A DNA stretch of 64,000 nucleotides from Desulfobulbus sp. GTDB lineage: Bacteria > Desulfobacterota > Desulfobulbia > Desulfobulbales > Desulfobulbaceae. This document shows positions 1-8,801 of this stretch, piece by piece (the stretch's first letter is position 1; every line of letters starts with the position of its first letter). The translations under genes and the position numbers were made by a program. Location: the NCBI RefSeq assembly GCF_031547805.1, contig NZ_JAVBRQ010000015.1, positions 4,938 through 68,937 of the forward strand, read 5' to 3'. The notes below the pieces were generated by a model. It searched no databases, had not been told where the DNA came from, and saw only the letters and a program-made list of their open reading frames with translations.

Positions 1-9
1 AATCTCCCC

Positions 10-1599
10 ATGACCTCAATCCTGCTGATCCATCCGCCGGTGGCCAAACCCGGCGAACCGCCGCCCGGCATCGCCGCCCTGGCAGGTTGCCTGCGCCGGC
101 ACGGCATCGCCTGCGCCCAGCTGGACGCCAACCTCGAAGGCCTGCTGTTCCTCCTGGATCAAGAACCTCCTGCAGCCGACGACGCCTGGTCCAAACGGGC
201 CCTGCGCCATCGGCACGCCAATCTGACCGCCCTGCGCTCTCCCGAACTCTACCGGAATGTCGATCGCTACCAGCGGGCGGTGCGCGACCTCAACCGGGCG
301 CTGGAACTACTGGCCCGGAAGCGGCCGACAATCCATGTAAGCCTCGGCAATTATCAAGACGAGTTCGATCCGCTCGCCAGCGACCAACTGTTGCAGGCGG
401 CCGCACATTGTAGGCGCAGTCCCTTTTTCCCCTGGATGGAAGCGCGACTGCCCCCCCTGCTGGAGGCGCTCGCACCCGAGTGGATCGGCCTGTCGCTGTG
501 CTATCTCAGCCAGGCGGTCTGCACCTTTGCCCTGCTCGGGTTCCTCCGGGACCGGTATCCCGCGATCAAGCTGGTGCTGGGCGGCGGCCTGCTCAGCTCC
601 TGGATGGGCCGCCCCGGCTGGAACGAGCCTTTCGCCGGCCTGGTGGACCGCTGCATCCAAGGCCCCGGCGAAGCGCCGCTGCTGCGTCTGTTGGGATACG
701 ATGGCCCAATAACGGGCGCGGCTCCCGACTACACCGACCTGCCGCGGGCCGACTACCTCGCTCCCGGCCCGGTCCTGCCCTATTCCGCCTCGCGCGGCTG
801 CTATTGGAACCGCTGCACCTTCTGTCCGGAAACCGCCGAGCAGAACCGCTACCAGCCGATTGCACCCCAAACCGCGACCGGCCAGCTGGCGCGGCTTTGC
901 CGCGACCTGCGACCGAACCTGATCCACCTGCTCGACAATGCCGTCAGCCCGGCGCTTCTGACGGCGCTGCGCGACCAACCGCCCGGAGCGCCCTGGTTCG
1001 GTTTTGTCCGGTTCCACGAGCAATTGGCCGATGTCGACTTTTGCCGGCAGTTGCGTGCCGCCGGCTGCGTCCTGCTCAAGCTGGGGCTGGAATCGGGCTG
1101 CCAGGCAGTGCTGGACGCCATGGACAAGGGTATCCGCCTGGAGTTGGCGGCCCGGGTGTTCGCGGCCATGGAACAGGCCGGCATTGCCACCTACGTCTAC
1201 CTTCTCTTCGGCACCCCCTCGGAATCGCTGGCAGAGGCGCGGCAAACCATGGACTTCGTCCTGCGCCACCACCGGGCCATCACCTTCCTCAACCTGGCCA
1301 TCTTCAACATGCCGATTGCCAGCGAAGAGGCCAAGCGGTTGCCGGGCACCGAATTTTCTCCGGCCGATCTATCGCTCTACCTGGATTTCGTCCATCCCCG
1401 AGGCTGGGACCGGCGGTCGGTGCGAACCTTCCTCGACCGCGAATTCAAGCGCCAGCCGCAGATCGCCGCCATCCTCCACCGCGACCCGCCGTTTTTCACC
1501 TCCAACCATGCCCCGTTCTTCAGCGGCTGTTTTCCCTGGCCCAACGGAGAGAACCGTAAAAAAAGCGAGCCCGACGCGCACTTTGGGGCGGAAAAATAG
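10..1599 (+). CDS. B12-binding-domain radical SAM protein (substrate unknown)
   Basis: 529-aa ORF. The N-terminal region looks like a cobalamin-binding domain (LLIHPP...GIAALAGCL). The Fe-S Cys triad sits in 'SRGCYWNRCTFCPE'; its spacing reads C-x4-C-x2-C, one residue longer than the canonical CX3CX2C. Confidence 0.7.
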   Translation: MTSILLIHPPVAKPGEPPPGIAALAGCLRRHGIACAQLDANLEGLLFLLDQEPPAADDAWSKRALRHRHANLTALRSPELYRNVDRYQRAVRDLNRALELLARKRPTIHVSLGNYQDEFDPLASDQLLQAAAHCRRSPFFPWMEARLPPLLEALAPEWIGLSLCYLSQAVCTFALLGFLRDRYPAIKLVLGGGLLSSWMGRPGWNEPFAGLVDRCIQGPGEAPLLRLLGYDGPITGAAPDYTDLPRADYLAPGPVLPYSASRGCYWNRCTFCPETAEQNRYQPIAPQTATGQLARLCRDLRPNLIHLLDNAVSPALLTALRDQPPGAPWFGFVRFHEQLADVDFCRQLRAAGCVLLKLGLESGCQAVLDAMDKGIRLELAARVFAAMEQAGIATYVYLLFGTPSESLAEARQTMDFVLRHHRAITFLNLAIFNMPIASEEAKRLPGTEFSPADLSLYLDFVHPRGWDRRSVRTFLDREFKRQPQIAAILHRDPPFFTSNHAPFFSGCFPWPNGENRKKSEPDAHFGAEK

Positions 1600-1826
1600 G
1601 AACGGCATTGGTAAGTTGGACACGCCTGCGTTGAAGATGCGCCTCGTGTTGCACTCGCCGACGCAAACCGGAGCAAGGAGATGGCGGCATGACAAGCCGG
1701 CAGACCGTGCAGGCATGGTAGGCGTTGACAGTCTTGCCAAAAGAGGCAAGGCTTTCGTTCCGCCATGTCGAACTGAACGATAACTCGATGAAATAATTAA
1801 TATATCTTCCAGGAGACAACCATCTT

Positions 1827-2390
1827 ATGAACGATCACATCAAAGCAGTTCCTCGTGTTCTTTGGCAAGAAATCAAGAAAGATCTTCCATCTTTCGGAAC
1901 CTTGGGTTTCATTGTCGGCTGCTTAGTGCTCATTCGATTTCACTTGATTGGCGTTGCCCCGAAAGATTCATACCTCAATGCTTTGCTCATCAGTTTTGTT
2001 GATCCCCGGACATTTTTCTTCATCTTCCTAACCCTTCTTTGGCTCGGCTCACTGATCACTTGCCTCCGCGCGCTAGGGATCAATTGCCTTTGTCTGGAGA
2101 GATCGGTTGCTCATACCGAGAATCGATTGGGACAACTGGCGAGCTCAATAATTTCCTTCACTGTTGGCTTGTCACTCTTCATCTGCCTTCATGCCCTGTG
2201 CACAAGTACGACACATGGCGCCATAGTAATCGTACTTGCGGTGGTCGACATTTTCATCGTCGGAGGCCTTGTGTATGCAGCATATGTTACCCACCGCTTA
2301 CATCCATTTGATAAGTGCTGCGTTGGCTTGCTAATATTCATCACGGCTTCAGCCGCCATTACTTACCTCGTTCTCAATAAACAAGGCTAA
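1827..2390 (+). CDS. hypothetical multi-pass membrane protein (AT-rich orphan)
   Basis: 187-aa ORF with about 5 hydrophobic helices, preceded by 'ccaggagac' upstream of the ATG. It is clearly AT-richer than its neighbours. I recognise no family. Confidence 0.5.
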   Translation: MNDHIKAVPRVLWQEIKKDLPSFGTLGFIVGCLVLIRFHLIGVAPKDSYLNALLISFVDPRTFFFIFLTLLWLGSLITCLRALGINCLCLERSVAHTENRLGQLASSIISFTVGLSLFICLHALCTSTTHGAIVIVLAVVDIFIVGGLVYAAYVTHRLHPFDKCCVGLLIFITASAAITYLVLNKQG

Positions 2391-2475
2391 CTCAGCAATC
2401 TTACCACGCTCCCTGAAACTGCGATCACCATTGAAACTTACCACTAATTTTCATCCTCATACCCACCGACCAACC

Positions 2476-5400
2476 ATGCCATCTCTCGTCACCCAACTCC
2501 ATCGTCAAATCAAGCCCGATTTCGCCTATTGCTTCAATATCGAATCCAGCCGGGCGCTGAAGCCGGAGGAAACCGAGCGGCTGCGCCTGATCCTGGCCGA
2601 CGGCTTTCTCCTCGACACCGTCACCTTTACGCCCGCCCTGGCCGGCGAACGGGTCATCGAAATCGGACCCCGGCTCAACTTCGCCACCGCCTGGTCCTCG
2701 AACATGGTGTCCATCTGCCGGGCAGTCGGCCTGGACATGGTCACCCGGGTGGAACGCTCCCGCCGCTATCTGGTGCCGGAAGGCGAAGAGATGGCGGCCT
2801 TTGCCGCCAAGCATCACGACCGGATGACCGAATGCGTCTACCCGACGCCGCTGACCACCTTCGAGACCGGCATCGAGCCCGAGCCGGTCTACGAGGTCGA
2901 CCTGATGGGCAAGGGGCCGGACGGCCTGCTCGACATCCCCGGCATCTCCATGGACCAATGGGACCGGGAGCTGTACCACGATTATTTCGTCAAGCGTTGC
3001 GGCCGCAACCCGACCATTGTCGAGATCATGGACCTCAACAACGCCAATTCCGAGCATTCGCGCCACGGTTTTTTCCGCGGCAAACAGGTGATTGACAGCT
3101 ACAACTACGACACGCCCCTGTTCAAGGTGGTAACCGATACCCTGGTCGCCAATCCCAAGGGCAGCAAGGTGGCCTTCAAGGACAATTCCAGCGTGATCGA
3201 AGGCACTTCCCTGCTCACGCTCCTGCCCGAACAGCCAGGCCAGCCCTCGCCGCTGCGCGAGGCCGCGGTCCACTATCACCCACTGCTCACCGCCGAAACC
3301 CACAACTTTCCCACCGGAGTCGCCCCCTTTCCCGGCGCCGAGACCGGCACCGGCGGCCGCATCCGCGACGTGCAGGGCACCGGCCGCGGCGGCCTGGTCA
3401 TGGCCGGGACCGCCGGCTACTGCGTGGCCAACCTCCACATTCCCGGCTACCAACTGGAATGGGAAAACAACTACGCCTGCCCGGACACCCTGGCCCCGGC
3501 CCTGGAAATCGAGATCGAGGCCAGCAACGGTGCCTCGGACTACGGCAACAAGTTCGGCGAGCCGCTGATCCAGGGATTTACCCGCAGTTTCGATCTGCGC
3601 CTGGATAGCGGCGAACGCTGGGGCTTTCTCAAGCCGATCATGTTCACCGGCGGCATCGGCCAGATCGACGACCGGCACACCGAAAAAAAGCAGGCGGCCA
3701 AGGGCATGCTGATCGTCCAGGTGGGCGGCCCGGCCTACCGGGTCGGCTTCGGCGGCGGCGCGGCCTCGTCGATGATGCAGGGCGAGAACGAATCCAAGCT
3801 CGATTTCGACGCGGTCCAGCGCGGTGACGCCGAGATGGAACAAAAGATGAACCGGGTGATCCGCGCCTGCAACGAGATGGGCGACTTGAGCCTGATCGAC
3901 GTTATCCACGACCAGGGTGCCGGCGGCCCAGCCAATGTGCTCAAGGAGTTGGTCGAACACGCCGGCGGCCGGGTGGAGATCCGCAACATCCGGGTCGGCG
4001 ACCCGACCATGTCGGTTTTGGAAATCTACGTGGCCGAATACCAGGAGCGGGTCGGCCTCCTGATCAGTCCCGAGAACATCGAGCGCTTCCAACAGATCTG
4101 CGAGCGTGAGAAGGTGGCCTGCGAAATTCTGGGCGAGGTCACCGGCGACTTGCGCTTCACTGTCCATGACAGCCTGGACAACTCCACCCCGGTGGACATC
4201 GAGATTCCCGAACTACTCGGCAAGATTCCGCAGAAAACCTTCACCGACAGCCGGTCCGTCCTGCCCCTGTCCCCCTTTGTCCCGCCCAAGGGCCTGGATG
4301 TGCGGGAGGCCCTGCACCGGGTGCTGCGGCTGGTGTCGGTGGGCTCCAAACGGTTTCTCACCAACAAGGTCGACCGGGCGGTCACCGGCCTGATCGCCCA
4401 GCAGCAGTGCTGCGGCCCGCTGCAACTGACCGTCGGCGACGTGGCGGTGGTGGCCCAGAGCCATTTCGGCCACAGCGGCATTGCCACGGCCATCGGCGAA
4501 CAGCCGATCAAGATGCTGGTGAGCCCGGCGGCCGGGGCGCGGATGGCGGTGGGCGAGGCGCTGACCAATTTGGTTTGGGCCCGGATCAGGGATCTGGAGC
4601 AGGTCAAATGCTCGGCCAACTGGATGTGGGCGCCGAAGTTGCCCGGCGAAGGCGCGGCCCTGCGCGATGCGGCCGAGGCCATGGCGGCGGCGATGATCGC
4701 CGTGGGCATCGCGGTGGACGGCGGCAAGGACAGCCTGTCCATGGCGGCCAAGGTGGGCGACGAGGTGGTCAAATCGCCGCGCGAACTGGTCATTTCCCTG
4801 TACGCCGCCATGGACGACATCCGCAGGAAGGTCACCCCGGACATCAAGGAGCCCGGGGCGGCCCTGCTGCTGGTCGACCTTGCCGGCGGCAAGAACCGCT
4901 TGGGCGGCAGCGCCCTGGCCCAGGTCTGCGGCCGGATCGGCGACGAGGTCCCGGACATGGACGACCCGCAGCTGGTCAGGCGGGCCTTTGGCGCCGTGCA
5001 ATACCTGCTCGAACAAGGCCTGATCCACTCCGGCCACGACCGCAGCGACGGCGGCCTGATCACCACGGTGCTGGAAATGGCCTTTGCCGGCAACTGCGGC
5101 CTCAACCTGGCGCTCAGCGGCCAGGCTTCGATGCTGGAGATGCTCTTTGCCGAGGAGCTGGGCCTGGTGATCGAATGCGGCTGGAACCATCTGGCCGAGG
5201 TCAAGCAGCGGTTCGAGCAGGCCAAGGTGCCCTGCATGGTGCTGGGATCCACCACGGCGAAGAAGGCCATCACCGTCCAGTACAACGGGCAGGTGATTTT
5301 GGACGACGCCATGATCGTGCTCCGCCAATGGTGGGAGGAAACCAGCTATCAACTGGAGCGGTTGCAGATCGGCCCGGAACTTGCCGAAGCGGAGAAGTTC

Positions 5401-6276
5401 AACATCTTCGACCGCCAGGGTCCGGAATACGCCCTGAGTTTCAAGCCCGAGGCCACCGCGCCGGCCATCCTGCAAAAAAACGACAAGCCCAAAGTGGTCA
5501 TTCTCCGCGACGAGGGCTCCAATTCCGACCGGGAGATGAGCTCCGCCTTTTACTCGGTCGGGTTCGAGCCCTGGGACGTGACCATGACCGACCTGCTGGC
5601 CGGCCGGATCGATCTGGCTCGCTTCCGGGGCATCGCGGCGGTGGGCGGTTTTTCCTATGCCGACGTGCCGGAGAGCGCCAAGGGCTGGGCCGCGACCATC
5701 CGCTTCAATCAGCGGCTCCAGGCTCAGTTCCACGCATTCTACAATCGGCCGGACACCTTTACCCTGGGCATCTGCAACGGCTGCCAGCTCTTCGGCCTGC
5801 TCGGCTGGGTGCCCTGGCAGGGCATCGAGGCCGAGCGACAGCCCCGCTTCATCCACAATCTGAGCGGCCGCTTCGAATCACGCTGGACCACGGTCAAAAT
5901 CCTGCCCAGCAAGGCGATCATGCTGCCGGGCATGGAAGAGACGGCCTTCGGCATCCATGTCGACCACGGCGAGGGCTTTCTGCATTTCCCGGACGCCGCC
6001 ATCCGCGACCGGGTGTGGAACGAACAAATGGCGGCAGTGGTTTTTGTCGACGACGAGGGCCAGCCCACCGAAAGCTATCCCTTCAATCCCAACGGTTCAC
6101 CCGGCGGTCTCGCCGGCATCTGCTCGCCCGACGGCCGCCATTTGGCGATCATGCCCCACCCCGAACGGGCCTTCCTGCCCTGGCAGTGCCACTGGCTGCC
6201 CCAATCGATGCAGGGCTTGCCGGTCAGCCCCTGGCTGCGGATGTTCCAGAACGCCTATGCCTGGTGCATGGGTTGA
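2476..6276 (+). CDS. purL: phosphoribosylformylglycinamidine synthase, single-chain large form
   Basis: ORF 2431-6276. Full-length collinear resemblance to large PurL, with FGAM synthase AIR-synthase-like repeats and a C-terminal glutamine amidotransferase domain ('GICNGCQ', 'MPHPER'). The start was moved to the first ATG at 2476. Confidence 0.95.
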   Translation: MPSLVTQLHRQIKPDFAYCFNIESSRALKPEETERLRLILADGFLLDTVTFTPALAGERVIEIGPRLNFATAWSSNMVSICRAVGLDMVTRVERSRRYLVPEGEEMAAFAAKHHDRMTECVYPTPLTTFETGIEPEPVYEVDLMGKGPDGLLDIPGISMDQWDRELYHDYFVKRCGRNPTIVEIMDLNNANSEHSRHGFFRGKQVIDSYNYDTPLFKVVTDTLVANPKGSKVAFKDNSSVIEGTSLLTLLPEQPGQPSPLREAAVHYHPLLTAETHNFPTGVAPFPGAETGTGGRIRDVQGTGRGGLVMAGTAGYCVANLHIPGYQLEWENNYACPDTLAPALEIEIEASNGASDYGNKFGEPLIQGFTRSFDLRLDSGERWGFLKPIMFTGGIGQIDDRHTEKKQAAKGMLIVQVGGPAYRVGFGGGAASSMMQGENESKLDFDAVQRGDAEMEQKMNRVIRACNEMGDLSLIDVIHDQGAGGPANVLKELVEHAGGRVEIRNIRVGDPTMSVLEIYVAEYQERVGLLISPENIERFQQICEREKVACEILGEVTGDLRFTVHDSLDNSTPVDIEIPELLGKIPQKTFTDSRSVLPLSPFVPPKGLDVREALHRVLRLVSVGSKRFLTNKVDRAVTGLIAQQQCCGPLQLTVGDVAVVAQSHFGHSGIATAIGEQPIKMLVSPAAGARMAVGEALTNLVWARIRDLEQVKCSANWMWAPKLPGEGAALRDAAEAMAAAMIAVGIAVDGGKDSLSMAAKVGDEVVKSPRELVISLYAAMDDIRRKVTPDIKEPGAALLLVDLAGGKNRLGGSALAQVCGRIGDEVPDMDDPQLVRRAFGAVQYLLEQGLIHSGHDRSDGGLITTVLEMAFAGNCGLNLALSGQASMLEMLFAEELGLVIECGWNHLAEVKQRFEQAKVPCMVLGSTTAKKAITVQYNGQVILDDAMIVLRQWWEETSYQLERLQIGPELAEAEKFNIFDRQGPEYALSFKPEATAPAILQKNDKPKVVILRDEGSNSDREMSSAFYSVGFEPWDVTMTDLLAGRIDLARFRGIAAVGGFSYADVPESAKGWAATIRFNQRLQAQFHAFYNRPDTFTLGICNGCQLFGLLGWVPWQGIEAERQPRFIHNLSGRFESRWTTVKILPSKAIMLPGMEETAFGIHVDHGEGFLHFPDAAIRDRVWNEQMAAVVFVDDEGQPTESYPFNPNGSPGGLAGICSPDGRHLAIMPHPERAFLPWQCHWLPQSMQGLPVSPWLRMFQNAYAWCMG

Positions 6277-6350
6277 ACGGAGAGGCGAAATTGACCGATG
6301 AGGAGTCGCTGCGACAGTCTCTATTCCGCAGCAGCCAATCAGCTTGGCCC

Positions 6351-6383
6351 TTGATCAAAAACCAAAATGGATGTATTTTGGTT
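6351..6383 (+). promoter_or_regulatory. candidate vapBC promoter with overlapping palindromic operator
   Basis: TTGATC (6351-6356), a 17-nt spacer, then TATTTT (6374-6379). A perfect 9-bp inverted repeat AACCAAAAT-n6-ATTTTGGTT (6360-6383) overlaps it, ending 18 nt before the vapB ATG. Confidence 0.35.
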
Positions 6384-6400
6384 CCAAAAAAGGAGATCAT

Positions 6401-6643
6401 ATGTCGACAACACTTACGCTCAAAAATATCCCCGAGAATGTCTACGCCCGTCTCAAGGCTTCTGCCGAGTTGCACAGGCGCAGTTTGAACAGTGAGGCCA
6501 TTGTGTGCCTCGAAACCGTTCTCGTCCCTGAAAGTATGGATGCGAGCGAACGCCTGAAACGTGCCCGCCTCCTTCGGGAGCGGATCGGAACAGGCTTTCA
6601 GGCTGCGGACATCGATGCTTTCAAGCGGGAAGGCCGTTCATGA
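6401..6643 (+). CDS. vapB: ribbon-helix-helix (Arc/FitA-like) antitoxin
   Basis: 'MSTTLTLKNIPENVYARLKASAELHRRSLNSEAIVCLE' is a typical RHH antitoxin N-terminus. AGGAG lies 5-9 nt upstream of ATG 6401. The stop overlaps the vapC start (ATGA). Confidence 0.75.
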   Translation: MSTTLTLKNIPENVYARLKASAELHRRSLNSEAIVCLETVLVPESMDASERLKRARLLRERIGTGFQAADIDAFKREGRS

Positions 6644-7035
6644 TCGTTGTCGATACCAATGTTCTGGCCTACTTGTACCTGCCGTGCGAGTTTACCTCTC
6701 ATGCCGAACGCTTGCTGCTGGATGAGCGGGAGTGGGCAGCCCCCTTGTTATGGCGAAGTGAATTTCGCAATATTCTGACCGGGTATATGCGACGAGGCCG
6801 ATTATCTCTCGCTCAGGCGATGCGACTCCAGAACGAAGCTGAATCGTTGCTCGTCCGTGCGGAATATGAAGTCAACTCAGCGGATGTTCTGGCCTTGGCC
6901 GATAGAAGCGATTGTTCCGCATATGACTGCGAATTTGTGGCCTTGGCCATGAGTCTTGGGATAAAGGCCGTCACGATGGACGGCAAGCTGTTGCGGGCAT
7001 TTCCGGAAACCACTCTTTCTCTTGTTGCGTGCTGA
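6640..7035 (+). CDS. vapC: PIN-domain ribonuclease toxin
   Basis: 131 aa. It has 'MIVVDTNVLAYL' (PIN acidic residue 1) and later acidic residues (SAYDCEFVALA). It is translationally coupled to the antitoxin. Confidence 0.85.
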   Translation: MIVVDTNVLAYLYLPCEFTSHAERLLLDEREWAAPLLWRSEFRNILTGYMRRGRLSLAQAMRLQNEAESLLVRAEYEVNSADVLALADRSDCSAYDCEFVALAMSLGIKAVTMDGKLLRAFPETTLSLVAC

Positions 7036-7226
7036 CAGGCATGGTCGCACATTGAGGCACCCGACGGTGAGAATGAGGCTTGGCAAGGGATGTTGTTCGG
7101 AATCCGACAAAACAGCGAGAAGAAATCTCGTTGTGGCAAGGGGATGTCTCCTTTGGTCGAAATGCCTCATCCCCCTCGGCCACGTTTTGCCGTGCGGATC
7201 ACATCTTGTTTGATCTGGAAATGGGG

Positions 7227-7790
7227 TTAGTGCGAGACTCCGTCGCGGCGGCTGACCCGGACCAGGGTCAGCCACAGGATGGTGAGATCAAACCGGAAGG
7301 ATCGCCGGCGCAGGTACTCCGCATCCAGTTCGACCTTTTCCGGAATGGGCAGTTCGTCGCGGCCGTTGATCTGCGCCCAGCCGGTCACGCCGGGGACGAG
7401 CCGATGCACGCCCTGCTCGGTCCGCAGGGCGATCAGGTCGTCCTGATTGAACAGGGCGGGACGCGGCCCGACAAAGCTCATGTCGCCCCTCAGCACGCTC
7501 CACAGTTGCGGCAGTTCGTCCAAGCTGGTGGTGCGGAGGAAGGAGCCGATCGGGGTCAGATGGCGGGCCGGATCGTCGAGGAGATGGGTGGCGACCGCCG
7601 GGGTGCCAATCCGCATGCTGCGAAACTTGGGCATTTTAAAGAGCACGTTGTTTTTCCCCACCCGGTCCGACCAGTAAAGCGCCGGACCCGGCGAGGTCAG
7701 CCGCACCAGAAGGGCAATCGCCAGCAGGGGAACCGCCAGGACCATCAGAGCGATCGTTGCCAGGACCAGGTCGAAACCCCGCTTCAACAC
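7227..7790 (-). CDS. small monotopic phosphoglycosyl transferase (bacterial sugar transferase, PglC / WbaP C-terminal type)
   Basis: This is the C-terminal ~187 aa of ORF 7227-8000. Motifs seen: 'LKRGFDLVLATIALMVLAVPLLAIALLV', 'SDRVGKNNVLFKMPKFRSM' and 'DELPQLWSVLRGDMSFVGPRP'. The 5' part of the ORF overlaps the upstream gene, so the start was placed at GTG 7790 (uncertain). Confidence 0.8.
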   Translation of the reverse strand: MLKRGFDLVLATIALMVLAVPLLAIALLVRLTSPGPALYWSDRVGKNNVLFKMPKFRSMRIGTPAVATHLLDDPARHLTPIGSFLRTTSLDELPQLWSVLRGDMSFVGPRPALFNQDDLIALRTEQGVHRLVPGVTGWAQINGRDELPIPEKVELDAEYLRRRSFRFDLTILWLTLVRVSRRDGVSH

Positions 7791-8734
7791 CCGAACATCT
7801 CCCGTAGTCCCGTCTTCAGGGAGATTGTCGCCTCCCACCCCAGCTCCCGGGTGATACGCGCCGGAGAATACCAGGCCGAGCCCAGCAGGCGGGCAACGGC
7901 CTCGCTGTCGAGCGGCACGCGCCGCCGGCACAGGACTTCCAGGCCGTCGCCGCAACGGGCCGCGCCGCGCAGCACGGCTGCGGGGACGCTCCACCGGCAA
8001 GGCGGCAATCCCAGAACCTCCCGCAGGGCATCGTACAACTGCCGTCCAGACGGGGCCTCCGGCCCGGCCACGATATAGGTCCGGCCACGGGCTCGCTCAT
8101 CTTCCGCCACCCGCAGCATGGCGGCAACCACATCGTCGACATGCACCAGGGAGCGACGGTTGCCGGTCTCGGGCAGAGGCGGAAACAAACCGCGCCGCAC
8201 CAGCCTGCCCATGCGCTCAAGATTGCCCCGCCCGCCGGACCCGTAAACCATGGCCAACCGCAGGTTCACGGTGTGCATGCCGTATTGCCGCCCGGCCTCC
8301 AGCACCGCCTCCTCCGCTGCCCGTTTGGCTTGCCCGTAGGCTGTTTCCGGCGCTCCCGGAAAATCCTCGTCCGCGCACAATTCGCCGGGCTCGGCCATGG
8401 CCTTGACGCTTGAAAGAAAAACAAAGCCTTGCACCCCGGCCTGCCCGGCCGCCTCGACAAGATTGCGCGTTCCCTCGAAATTGACCCGCCAATGCTGGTC
8501 GGCATCGCTGTGCGACAGGGCGGCAAAGGCGTGGGCATGCCCGGCGCAGTGGAAAACCGTCCGTGCGCCCTGGCACGCGGTACGCAATGCCGCAGGATCG
8601 TCCAACGACGCCGTGCGGCTTGCCCTGTCCGGAACGGGGTGCCTGCCCAAGGCCGCGCAGGCCGCACCCCGGCGATCCAGCTCCCGCCCCAGACGGCCGC
8701 CGATGAACCCGGTTGTACCGGTAATCAATCGCAC
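7784..8734 (-). CDS. NAD-dependent epimerase/dehydratase (SDR)
   Basis: 316 aa with the Rossmann motif 'ITGTTGFIGGRL' and extended-SDR length. The specific sugar substrate cannot be determined. Confidence 0.8.
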   Translation of the reverse strand: MRLITGTTGFIGGRLGRELDRRGAACAALGRHPVPDRASRTASLDDPAALRTACQGARTVFHCAGHAHAFAALSHSDADQHWRVNFEGTRNLVEAAGQAGVQGFVFLSSVKAMAEPGELCADEDFPGAPETAYGQAKRAAEEAVLEAGRQYGMHTVNLRLAMVYGSGGRGNLERMGRLVRRGLFPPLPETGNRRSLVHVDDVVAAMLRVAEDERARGRTYIVAGPEAPSGRQLYDALREVLGLPPCRWSVPAAVLRGAARCGDGLEVLCRRRVPLDSEAVARLLGSAWYSPARITRELGWEATISLKTGLREMFGC

Positions 8735-8801
8735 CCCGCCACCTCCTGGAATAGATCGACATTCTGCAAAGCAGATCCGGAGACATGCATCGCCATGGAG
8801 T

